Positions 49,819 to 64,000 of a stretch of DNA of 64,000 bases are shown piece by piece; the first letter of the stretch is position 1, and every line of letters starts with the position of its first letter. Position numbers and translations under genes: made by a program. Below the pieces are notes generated by a model, which was given only the letters and a program-made list of their open reading frames with translations, did no database searches and had not been told where the DNA came from. This stretch comes from Eledone cirrhosa (Eukaryota): the NCBI GenBank assembly GCA_964016885.1, contig OZ024742.1, positions 326,740,001-326,804,000 on the forward strand. Direction: 5' to 3'.

Positions 49819-50885
49819 TAGCTAGCAAGAAGGTAATGATTGAGTGGGGTCCATGCATTTAACAAGCGATTAACAAAAATACAAAATTTGTTCTGTTAAA
49901 TACGTCCAAAAACCCACGTATTTAGCACTTAATAGAAACAGAAAATGTAGTTTGTTTTAGCGATAGATTGGCTATTTGGACTTGAATACGAAATATGGAT
50001 TGTTTTGAAAATACGCTAGGAGAGAGAGAGAGAGAGATGAAGTCTGTACATTACGTTTACATGAATTTCGTTTGGACAGCAAGCAAAGAAATGAAATTTG
50101 GCGAAGTGAATTCCTATCATATATTTATAGGGAGAGAGAGGGAGAGAGAGAGAGAGTGAGAGAGAGCGAGGGTAGGGGGCCACATGATGGCTGTGGGTGT
50201 TAGGCGTTTGACCGCCCCGTGCCTTCGAAGAAGGAAGAAGGAAAGGATTTTGCTTTTTTGTTTTGAAGATACGCTAGAATTAGGGGATTGGGGTTTGAAA
50301 ATACGTTAGGAATTAAGGTTTGAAAATAGCTAGCAAGAAGGTAATGATTGAGTGGGGTCCATGCATTTAACAAGCGATTAACAAAAATACAAAATTTGTT
50401 CTGTTAAATACGTCCAAAAACCCACGTATTTAGCACTTAATAGAAACAGAAAATGTAGTTTGTTTTAGCGATAGATTGGCTATTTGGACTTGAATACGAA
50501 ATATGGATTGTTTTGAAAATACGCTAGGAGAGAGAGAGAGAGAGATGAAGTCTGTACATTACGTTTACATGAATTTCGTTTGGACAGCAAGCAAAGAAAT
50601 GAAATTTGGCGAAGTGAATTCCTATCATATATTTATAGGGAGAGAGAGGGAGAGAGAGAGAGAGTGAGAGAGAGCGAGGGTAGGGGGCCACATGATGGCT
50701 GTGGGTGTTAGGCGTTTGACCGCCCCGTGCCTTCGAAGAAGGAAGAAGGAAAGGATTTTGCTTTTTTGTTTTGAAGATACGCTAGAATTAGGGGATTGGG
50801 GTTTGAAAATACGTTAGGAATTAAGGTTTGAAAATAGCTAGCAAGAAGGTAATGATTGAGTGGGGTCCATGCATTTAACAAGCGA
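49819..50885 (-). repeat. 508-bp tandem monomers (2 + partial) at the RTE 5' end
   Basis: tagctagcaagaaggtaatg at 49819, 50327, 50835; units look identical by eye. Confidence 0.93.
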
Positions 50886-50989
50886 ATAACATATATATAT
50901 ATATATATACCTAAACTCTACTAACATATTTAGTACCGTTTTTGATAGTGGTCAGCTCCTGATTTACATCAGGATCCTACATATATATC

Positions 50990-51280
50990 ATCATCATCAT
51001 CATTTTACGTCCGCTTTTCCTAGCTTGCAAAGGTGGGACGGGAACTGATTTTGGCTCGATTTCTACAGCTGGATGCCCTTCCTAACACCATGTTCATTTA
51101 CAGTGAGTGCTGGGTGCTTTTTTTCCGTGACGCCTACACATCCATTTCTACAGCTGAGTAAACCGGAGCAATGTGAAATAAAGTGTCTTGCTCAAGGAAA
51201 CAACACCTGGTCTGAGAATTGAACTCACAACCTTTCGATTGCAAGGCCAATGCTCTAACCACTAAGCCATGTGCCCCCAC
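50990..51280 (-). mobile_element. Family B SINE with RTE-like tail
   Basis: Reverse match to 56938-57340. Confidence 0.82.
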
Positions 51281-51329
51281 ACATATATATAGACCCTCTT
51301 CCTGCTATATCAAGCGTTAACCTAATATG

Positions 51330-52000
51330 TGCGGTGTAGTGTTGTGCGGTGTAGTATAGTGTGGTGTGGTGTAGTGTAGTATGTTGTAGTGTTGTGTAGT
51401 GTGGTGTGGTATAGTGTAATGTGGTGTAATGGAGTGTGGTGTAGTATGGTGTAATGTAGTGTAGTGTGATATAGAGTGGTGTAGTGTTGTGTTGTATCAT
51501 GTAGTGGAGTATGGTGTAGTATGGTGAAATGTGGTGTGATGTAGTGTAGTATGGTATAGTGTTGTGTAGTGTAGTATAGTTTGGTGTAATGTAGTGTGGT
51601 GTAGTATGGTGTGACGTAGTGTTGTGATGTAGTGTGTGTAGTGTAGTGTGTGATGTAGAGTAGTGTAGTGTGTGATGTAGAGTGGTGTAGTGTAATGTAG
51701 TGTGGTGTAGTATGGTGTGACGTAGTGTTGTGATGTAGAGTGTAGTGTGTGATATAGAGTGGTGTAGTGTAATGTAGTGTGGTGTAGTATGGTGTGACGT
51801 AGTGTTGTGATGTTTGATGTAGTGTGTAGTGTATTGTGTGATGTAGAGTGGTGTAGTGTAATGTAGTGTGATGTAGTATGGGGTTAGCAGTAGAGTGGTG
51901 CAGTATGGTGTGATGTGGTGTGGTGTAGTGTTGTGTTATGTTTGGTACAGGGCAATGCAACATAGTGAAACGTGGCGTGAAGTGTAGTGTAGCGTGGTGT
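51330..52000. repeat. Degenerate (GTGTA/GTGTG)n pentamer repeat
   Basis: Direct inspection. Confidence 0.85.
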
Positions 52001-52246
52001 CATGTTGCTTTAGCCCTAGGTAAGCCCTAATCAAGCCAAACTATGATAAAAGACATTCCAGCTATGACCATTCCATGTTTGCTCCAAGGAGCAATGGACC
52101 CAACATGTCCTAGTGTTGGGTCTAAGTGCTAACTGCATAAATGGAAACAGCAGGACTGGCAAGTAGGTTGACAGTGTGAGATGACCTGAAGAACTGGTTC
52201 AATACTTCAATAAGAGAGAGCAACAGGAAATACCAGTAAATCTTCT

Positions 52247-52322
<76 letters not shown>

Positions 52323-53147
52323 CACATGTAAACACACTCAAAGAAACACCCACCCACACAATCTATTTGACATACACACACACACCCAACCTACATAACA
52401 ATCCTTCTCTGTTACAAAGACACATTATCTTTAATTCCCCATAGACACACACACATGGATGTTTCTTTTGCTCAAACACTTCTCATGTTTATATTTCCGT
52501 CTGTCTTACATGAACACACACATACTGATAACATATATATATATATATATATCTGTACATCAAGTCATACACACACATACACAAACATTCACAACAATAC
52601 ATATGCAACAAAATACACATACAGGAGACACACACACATATACACGACATACATATAACAACAAAACACAAATTAACACATACGTGAAACACACACATAC
52701 ACAAGATACACATACATGAGACACACACATACACAAATAAATCCATATACACAAGACATGAACATACACAACAAAATACACACTTGACGAAAAATACACA
52801 ACAAAACATATTTACATACAAATCTTCACACCTACGAAGGACAAGAATCTATTCTATGGTATCGTAACCAAAAGCAAAGTCTCAAATCTATTAGTAATTT
52901 ATAATTTGCAGTTTGTCCTGTTCTGTCATAAGTGTACCTAATTGCTCTCATCTACATTTTAAAAGACATTTAAATATTTTAACAAGACCAGCTTTCATGA
53001 TTGCAAAAATAATGAGCTTATTGCAACAAGATATAAAGGTGTGTTGCACGATTTTTTAGTGTAAACTTAAAAGTACACCCACTCAAATAAACACAAGCAG
53101 GGCGAGCTACTAAATTATTTAATGTGTCAGTCCTTTTTTTTTTTTTA

Positions 53148-53371
53148 TTAAACCTTTAGCATTTACATTACTCTATATTTACTAACATTACTCTATATTT
53201 ACTAACATATTTTCATAGTAAAGGCTTTATCTCACATATCAACTCTATGAGATTTTGATATTATTTATTTTGAGAACAATACCTTAACACCAGTATGAGC
53301 AGCCCGTTACAGCTGGTTTGGACAGAAAAAATTCTGGCTGGATACGCCTGGTTTAAACGCTAAAGGGTTAA
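53148..53371. mobile_element. piggyBac-like MITE
   Basis: TTAA-(A)CCTTTAGCATTTA .. TAAACGCTAAAGGG-TTAA; internal match to 63128-63324. Confidence 0.75.
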
Positions 53372-53684
53372 ATGCATGTAAGGTTGTGATGTGATTTGGG
53401 GTAGTTTGTGCTGCTATTTCTAGCAGGTCAAAAATCACATATATGCTTCTAGTTTTGGGGATTATTTACTGACAAAGAAAGGAACTAAAAGCACATCCAG
53501 CTGTAAACCATTGCCTCAAAATGAAAGCTAAAATAAGGATGAAGCTTATCATGAGGAAGAAACATAAAGCTAACTCTTGTTTTAGCAGGGAATGTAGCCT
53601 TCAAATGTTTGGTGTATGTTGTTGTTAGCAGCACCCACAAACCTTGATATAATATAAAAACAGAAGAAAAAAGGTAACACATAC

Positions 53685-53834
53685 GTTGGAATCAAGTAAG
53701 TTTACAATATATTTTAGTAACTTCTTGTTAATTTCATTGAAACTGGACAAATAGTCTTCCACCTGGTGTGGGTTGGAGAGTTTATGGCTGGATACTTGAA
53801 ACCATTCCTGTTGGATCTTGCTCAGACTGGCATT
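53685..53834 (-). CDS. KANK: KANK exon (NASLSKIQQEWFQVSSHKLSNPHQVEDYL..IVNLLDSN)
   Basis: ttacag / gtatgt; 150 nt; KANK EWFxVSS motif. Confidence 0.93.
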
Positions 53835-54220
53835 CTGTAAAGAGAACAACAGAGAAGAAAATCAGAGAGAAAGATATAGGTGAGAGCCTTAAAAAATTGA
53901 GGAGGTGGGTTTAAACTGGTTAGCAAGCTATTTGTAAACAAATAAGAGATCTGGTGGAAAAACATGCGGTTGTTTTTCCCCCGAGGGAAGTAATGAGGTT
54001 AGGGAGACAAAATGTAGAGCATACATTCATGTGCATGTGCAGGTTTTGGCAAGCTCACTCATATAAAAAAGGATAAAGATCCCATAACTCCTTGTGGAGT
54101 CATACAGCGTGTCTAGGGCACTTTTAAACCTGGCAGAACCCAACCCTCTCCAGGTCTGAACACAGCGAATTTTTCTACAGAGGAAAAATCAACCTTGGTT
54201 ATCCACTTTATATATATATA

Positions 54221-56935
<2,715 letters not shown>

Positions 56936-56937
56936 TA

Positions 56938-57340
56938 AAGGTGCATGGCTTAGTGGTTAGAGCATTGGGCTTGCAATCAAAAGGTTGTGAGTTCAATTCT
57001 CTGACCGGGTGATGTGTTGTTTCCTTGAGCAAGACACTTTATTTCACATTGCTCCAGTTTACTCAGATGTAGAAATGAGATGATAGGGACTGGGGTCCCT
57101 ATCATTCCACTGCAAAGTGGTCGTGGAGGCGCAACAGGAAAAAAGCACCCAGCACTCATTGTAAATGAGGTTGGTGTTAGGAAGGGCATCCAGCTGTAGA
57201 AATCAAGCTAGAATCAGTTCCCGTATGAGCAAGACAAGGTCAGCTGACCGGACACTGCCCACAACAGGACAACCCGTCTAACCCATGCTAGCGTGGAAGA
57301 ATGGACGTAAAACGGTGATGATGATGATGATGATGATGAG
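56938..57340 (+). mobile_element. Family B SINE, full length: tRNA head, CORE-like domain, RTE-derived tail, (GAT)n
   Basis: A box TGGCTTAGTGG, B box GAGTTCAATTC; tail shared with RTE 3' UTR. Confidence 0.88.
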
Positions 57341-57342
57341 AT

Positions 57343-57373
<31 letters not shown>

Positions 57374-57509
57374 TGCATCATACCTAAAACTCAAATTATA
57401 CAGCTCTGAGCAAGCTGCTATCCCCAATACCATATCAATATAATCAATCTATTTCAGCCCATACACACACAACAGCTCTATCAAAAACATACTACAGATA
57501 ACTACTTAC

Positions 57510-57597
57510 AAGTTCTTTAGTCTGTACTCGTGTGGAATCTTCCAAATAGATGTGGAGTATCTCACAAGCTTTTCTCATCTCTTCTGACAATTCAAAT
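57510..57597 (-). CDS. KANK: KANK exon (FELSEEMRKACEILHIYLEDSTRVQTKEL); upstream exons not found in window
   Basis: tgtttag / gtaagt; resembles KANK1 RYELSEKMLSAC segment; ends phase 0. Confidence 0.85.
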
Positions 57598-58470
57598 CTA
57601 AACAATTGGAGGAAAATATATAGATAAAGACATTATACATTATACACATTTATTGGAGTACATATATATCATAATTGTATTTTTCTATCTGATTTTCCAT
57701 GCTGGAATGAGTTAGATGGGATATTTAGAGACAGCATTTTACAACTAGGTAATATTTCTGATCTTAATCTTTTTGTCTCCTAATAGATATAGGAATACAT
57801 TGTACACACGCACACACATATTGGGTATTAGCCAATCAGAATCTATAGTAGAAGGCACTTAGCCAAGGTGTCGCAGAGGAGAACTAAACCCAGAACCACA
57901 TAGTTGCAGGGCGAAATCATTGACCATGCAACCTTGCCTATATATATATGTACATATGTTTCCTCCTCAGCAATTCTAAATTACAATCTACACTGCTTTT
58001 AAGTCTACTTGTCCATGCTGGCCATGTACTGGTTGGCCGGAATATTCTCATGGATCTAAAACTCAGAATTCAAAGAACTGGAAGAGATATCAGAAGGTAC
58101 TCTAACAACTCCACTCATCTACAACCTTGGACTGGCACTTTATTTATCAACCACAACATTTGACTTCGACAGGATCAGACATCTGAGTGCAAATAGCCAG
58201 AACAATTATTACAAAGTGTTCTATCAGATTTGATGCCTTCATCATCATCATTACCGTTTAACAGCTTTTTTATCCAAAGTTGGATGGGTTATCACAAACC
58301 AAGTCAGCACTCAATCAGCTGGGCCAGAAACAAAGTTTTGCTTAAGTACATTCTTACACTTTACAGAGTACATCGGGTGAATTTTAACATAGTGCAAGCA
58401 CAAGCGAGTTTGTTGTGCCTTTGGCTAATGATGATAATGATGATATACATATATATCATCATCATCACTG

Positions 58471-58532
<62 letters not shown>

Positions 58533-60088
58533 TATACATAGGAGGCTGAAACCCGTGGCAGAGATAACAAAGGATCACAGTGATTGGTAACATGTGCTAC
58601 TGGAGAAGACTCACCTACCAGCATTAAAGATATGACCTGGCCCATTCATGCCCTTATTGACCCCCCCCCCTCTCCCAGTCTGTCCAGGATCAAACCCACT
58701 GTAGAAGCCAAGCCAAAAAAAGGTCAAACAGACTCTTCAGTTGTTTCACGGTCACGACAACCTCTCTAGTGTTGTTGAACCACATGATAAATGTACTCAG
58801 TAAATTCTGTAAAGTGGCTGACAATAGGAAGGGCCTTCAGTGATAGAAAACCTTCCAAACAAAGTGCTCGGAGGACTCTTCAGCTTTGCCGAACACCTAA
58901 CAATCTTGGTAGTGCTGGTAATACAATAAAATACACTAGGTAGAACGTGGCATCATATCTAAGCTAGCCCGCTTCTAGCTCCACCCCTGCCCAGGCTCTC
59001 AGTAGTGTGTAAGAACATATGTAAGCTAGATGCAGGCACGTGGCCCGTTTGAAATATCAGTAGCTCTACTTAAGTACTGACTCGGTAAGTAATGATCCAT
59101 CCAACCCTTGCTAACAGGGAAAACAGATGTTAAATGTTGTTGATGATGACGTGTGTATATGTGTGTGTGAGTGTGTGTGTGTGAGTGTGTGTTTGAGAGT
59201 GTGTGAGTGTGAATTAGAATCCCAATGGCCAGGTTATTTAGGACAAAACACTTTGATATCTAACAATATATAATAGTATTACAAAATACTAATGACAGAA
59301 ATAGCATAGCCAAACATTAAAATAAGTGTATATGGAGGGGTCTTTAATTATCATTATGTTACAATTTACCAATATACTGATTCCAGCTCACTAGGGGATA
59401 AACATATGTGTTGTTAATGAGGAGAAGGGGGGGGGGGGATTTCCTACTAGGCTAGGTGGGGAAGGCTTAAGGGTGGAGAAGTATATTAAATAGTAGAGAA
59501 AGATTATGTCATCTGGGTATGAGTTGGGTATGGCAATGCTGGGATAGGATTGTACAATATAAATAGGTTCTTAAGGGCATTGACAGTTGATTGACTTTAC
59601 AATTGCTAATATTATCTATCAGTCGCAACTCCTCGTAGAAGGAGCAATGTAAAATAAAGTGTCTTGCTCAAGGACATAACGCATCACTCAATCCGGAAAT
59701 CGAACTCACAACCTTAAGATTGCAAATCCAATTCTCTAACCACTCAGCCACACACCTTCACAATGGACATATTTTATGATAATGTAGCCTGTAATAAACT
59801 ATATCTGAAAAATTAGAATAGTCATTCACAACTAAAACACTTCTTGATCATGAGTCTGCTCGATATGAGCTGAAGCTTATAATTCAAAACTTTATCCCTG
59901 TGGCTCCCAATTTGTAATTTGCAAAGATGGTACTAGGGGATCATGAACTTGCTGAGTAGACAGACCTTTCAAAAGCCTTGGGTGTCTGGGAAAATCCATT
60001 TAAACACACAAGCTAACTGATAATGAAATGGTTAGAAATAAGTGCTCTAGCAGCATAGCCATTCTATTTACATTAAAAGTTAAGTTAG

Positions 60089-60123
<35 letters not shown>

Positions 60124-60255
60124 AGTTGGCCAGAGTCTATGGTTTTCATGGGGCTTACTGGCCTCAAGTTTTTGTTCTTTTGTTGTATTCTGTTGTTACT
60201 TGCAAGTACCTCACATATATACTACATAAATATGCATACAGTATACCCATAACCC

Positions 60256-60314
<59 letters not shown>

Positions 60315-60639
60315 TTTAGCATTGATTACTAAAATATTTAATGAGTAATTTAAAATGGAACTTATAATTTCACATCAGGCCTTGGCCTATTACTAGTTTT
60401 TCTGGCCTATATTTTACATCTGGCTTACATTTTACATCTGGCCTACATTTTACATCTGATCTGGGTCTATTACCAGCTTTGAGTGCTTTTATTTTATGTC
60501 TGACCTTAGTCTGTTACCAGCTTGAATCAGAATCTAAGCCATTTGAAGTGATAGTGGTGGTAGCTATAGTAATGACTGTATTAGTGTGGCTATGTTAATG
60601 GTAGTGGTAGCCATGGAGACAAACAAGATGATGGCTATA

Positions 60640-61965
60640 ATAATGATTTCTACTTTTGGCACAAGGCCAGCAATTATCCCAGTGCATTACTGGTACTTTA
60701 TTTTATCGACCTCATAAGGATGATAGGCAAAGTTAACCTCAGCGGGATTTGAACTCAGACCGTAAAGAGACGTAACTCTATGCTGCAAAGCATGGCATCC
60801 GACCCTCTACTGATACTGCCAATCCAGGGTATAATAATGGTTTCTAATTTAGCCACAAGACCAGCAATTCTAGAGAAAGGAGGAAATTGATTAAATTAAC
60901 CCCAGTATTAGACTGGCAATATGTTTTATCAATGCTGGGAGAATGAAAGCCAAAGTTATCTTCAGCAGGATTTGAACTCAGAAACAAACAAAGAACCAGA
61001 ACAAATACTGCTGCAAAGCATTTCGTTCAACACTGTAACACTTCTACCAACCCATCACCTTCATTATTATTAAGAGTTTCTACATTTGGCACAAGGCCAG
61101 CAATTTGGAGGGCAGGGAAGTCAATTAATTGACCCTAGTGTGTAACTGGTACTTTATTTTATTGACCCCATAATGATGAAAGGCAAAGCTAACCTCAGTG
61201 GGATTTAAACTCAGAACGTAAAGGGCCGTAACTCCATGCCACCAAGCATGGATACTGCCAAATAATGATTTCTACTTTAGGCACAAGGCCAGCAATTGTT
61301 GGGGGGGGGGGGGGGAGGGATTAAATGGGCCCCAGTGCATTACTGATGCTTTATTTTACCGACCCTGTAAGGATGAAAGGCAAAGCTAACCTCAGCAGGA
61401 TTTGCACTCTGAACGTAAAGGGCCGTGACTGTGCCGTAAGGCATGAAGTTCGATGCTCTACCGATACTGCCAATTACATTGAAGTTGACTAAGATTATAT
61501 TAATGATTATTGTGATTACGATATTAGTTGTGGTGACAATAGTAATGGATGCTGTTTCGTTAGTTGCTTTTGTTTTGTTTTGTGCTCTTGTTTGTTGTTT
61601 TTTCCTTGTTTGTGTTTGTCCTGTATTTTTTTTTTCTTTCTTAATCATTGACCGATTCCTTGTCTAACCCATGCTAGCGTGGAAATATGAACATTAAACA
61701 ATTGAAAGAATAGTTGTGAAGAATATATCAAAATACAACTAATAATAATGGTTTCTTATATAGGCACAAGGCCAGTAATTTTGGGGGAGGGTAAAGTCGA
61801 TTAAATCGACCCAGGTCCGTGACCGGTACTTTATTTTATCGACCCCGTAAGGATGAAAGGCAAAGTTAACCTCGACAGGATTTGAACTCAGACCGTAGAG
61901 GGGCGTAACTCTATGCTGCAAAGTATGGCGTTCGACCCTCTACCGATATTGCCAATCCACTGCCC
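60640..61965 (-). mobile_element. Cluster of five same-orientation family A SINEs (~60640, 60833, 61075, 61262, 61740)
   Basis: Repeated tail ttctac..ggcacaaggccagcaatt, core and head. Confidence 0.85.
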
Positions 61966-62171
61966 TTAACAATAATAATTAATAATAACAATAATAATGG
62001 TAACAACAACAACAATAATGAGAAGCCCCACCACAAGCTGAGAGAAATCAAAAAATATAAATGAAAAAATAATAATAAATAACAGCAAAAGGTTAAAACA
62101 GTAGCAGAACCCAAATCCAGTGACCACTAATCCACTGACCATGAGTGGTGTTAGTGCATAGAGAGAGAGAG

Positions 62172-62255
<84 letters not shown>

Positions 62256-62573
62256 GAGAGAGAGAAGGACATATTCAGAGAAACATGTAGTGATTAAAAT
62301 GGTGACAGTAGAGAAAGAATGAGAGTGGCGAGGGATGTTGAAGTGGGGAATGATGGAAAGGGTGAATGTGTGTGTGAGGGGGGGGGATGATATAGACATA
62401 GAGAAGGACATGAAGGAAAGTGGAGAGAAAAACACACCAGCATATGAAAGAGCAGAGAGAGAGGGGGCAGGCATGTATGTGTCAATTCATACCCCACCAT
62501 ACAGATGCAGCTATGTGTCACCTCCCCACCACCCACCACCACCACCAGTGCACATATGTAGCAGCCATGTAAA

Positions 62574-62611
<38 letters not shown>

Positions 62612-62813
62612 AAATTGTAGATATTTATGGACACATACACACACATACACATGAAAATGTAGATATATATATGAAAACACATGCACATACACTCAAAAGT
62701 ATAAATATATATATATAGAAACACGCACACTACAAAATGCTGATCTGTAGAAAGTATGGAGTATCTACAAATTTCAAAGACGAGTGTTCCGGTTATTCAA
62801 CCAAAGGAACTAA

Positions 62814-63042
62814 TTAACCCTTTAGCATTTAAACCGGCCATATCCGGCCAAAACTCTCTCACCTCTTTCTATTCAAACCAGCTGTAACTGGCTGTTCATA
62901 CTTATGTTAAGGTATTCTTCTCAAAATAAATGATATCAAAATCTCGTAGATTTGATATCATGTGAGATAATTATGTGAAATAAAATGTTTACCGTGAAAA
63001 TACAACAGTATATATAGAGTAATGTAAATGCTAAAGGGTTAA
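62814..63042. mobile_element. piggyBac-like MITE
   Basis: TTAA-CCCTTTAGCATTTA .. TAAATGCTAAAGGG-TTAA. Confidence 0.85.
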
Positions 63043-63127
63043 TCATTATACAATATATAGAACAAGTGACTGACCTATGTAAACATGAATGACATTCATT
63101 GGTTTCAACAAGGAATGTTCCAGTTGT

Positions 63128-63324
63128 TTAACCCTTTAGCATTTACATTACTCTATATTTACTATTGTATTTTCATGGTGAAGGCTTTATCCCATATAAT
63201 TATCTCACATAATATCAAATCTAAGAGATGTTGATATTATTTATTTTGAGAACAATACCTTAACATCAGTAAGAGGTGAGAGGATTCTGGCCGGGTGCGA
63301 CCGGTTTAAACACTAAAGGGTTAA
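63128..63324. mobile_element. piggyBac-like MITE, inverted relative to 62814-63042
   Basis: TTAA-CCCTTTAGCATTTA .. TAAACACTAAAGGG-TTAA. Confidence 0.85.
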
Positions 63325-64000
63325 TCAATGGAAGAACCTATTTGTTGAATTTACATGTAAGGGGCTGAGTATTCCACAAACACGTATACACCAGAATGTA
63401 ATCATTTGGAAAAATATGCATGGCAGACTGTATGACGAGTATGGCCCTTTGAATTACAGGTACAGCCCATCAGATTGACTTCCAAACAGCTTCTGTCTAC
63501 TCACAAGTCTTTGGTCAAACTGAAGCTATGACAAAAACACCTGTCCTAGATACCACAAGGTGAGATCAAACTCAGGAGATCATGATTCTGAAGGAAACTT
63601 CCAAACCATTTGGCCATCCCTGGTACCACTAATGACACTGCTACATTTAACATATTCCTCTCTCCAAATCATTGTGACACTTTATGTTACAAGGACGACC
63701 CTTTGATTCACAGATATAATCTATCTGATAAATTCCCACACAATTTCACTGACAAGTCTTTGTAGAAGACTCTTAACAAAGGGATCGCGCTGTGCAGTGG
63801 GACTGAACTTAGGATATCTTGATTACAAGGTGGACTTATTAACCAGTAAATCATGACTATATCCTTGTGAAAATATGTACAAATGTTTGTACGCGTGTAA
63901 AAGAGAGAGTTTGCAGATGTGTATGAATACACATACACACCCTTCACATAGCCTTACATATACATCCATAATACACATACATCCACATATACATCCGTAA

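Larger units (their letters stand above)
46005..50890 (-). mobile_element. Apparently full-length RTE-clade LINE in a KANK intron
   Basis: Single APE-RT ORF, 3' UTR with (GAT)n tail, 5' region with 508-bp tandem monomers ending at (TA)n. Confidence 0.93.

Noticed and set aside
49580-49858. N-terminal extension of the RTE ORF to ATG 49858
   Set aside because: Runs through low-complexity, CCAAT-repeat and monomer sequence that looks like UTR; ATG 49579 preferred but unproven
49580-50885. HDV-like ribozyme in the RTE 5' UTR (known in some RTEs)
   Set aside because: Only simple hairpins found by eye; no nested double pseudoknot could be built. A descriptor search would settle it
56938-57010. 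tRNA gene
   Set aside because: tRNA-like head continues into SINE body and LINE tail; multi-copy SINE

Overview
AT-rich, microsatellite-dense metazoan DNA; the SINE/RTE complement suggests an octopod cephalopod (inference, not verified). The window holds the 3' ends of two convergent spliced genes. On +, six exons (8513-18158) encode an EGF domain, a transmembrane helix and a cytoplasmic tail. On -, seven exons (57597-31521) encode the ankyrin-repeat C-terminus of a KANK orthologue. The rest is mostly mobile DNA: a decayed Penelope-like element (RT + GIY-YIG) with direct and inverted pseudo-LTRs, an intact-ORF RTE LINE with 508-bp tandem 5' monomers, a truncated sister copy, two tRNA-derived SINE families, a non-autonomous Helitron, piggyBac/mariner-like MITEs and several minisatellites. 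The most notable unannotated signal is a set of minimal type I hammerhead ribozyme motifs (12 sites, about 5 unrelated families, mostly in or beside (TA)n tracts). These include a tandem array of three ~420-bp highly structured units, each with a hammerhead (retrozyme-like), lying in sense orientation inside a KANK intron. All ribozyme calls are by-eye motif and pairing matches; activity is untested.
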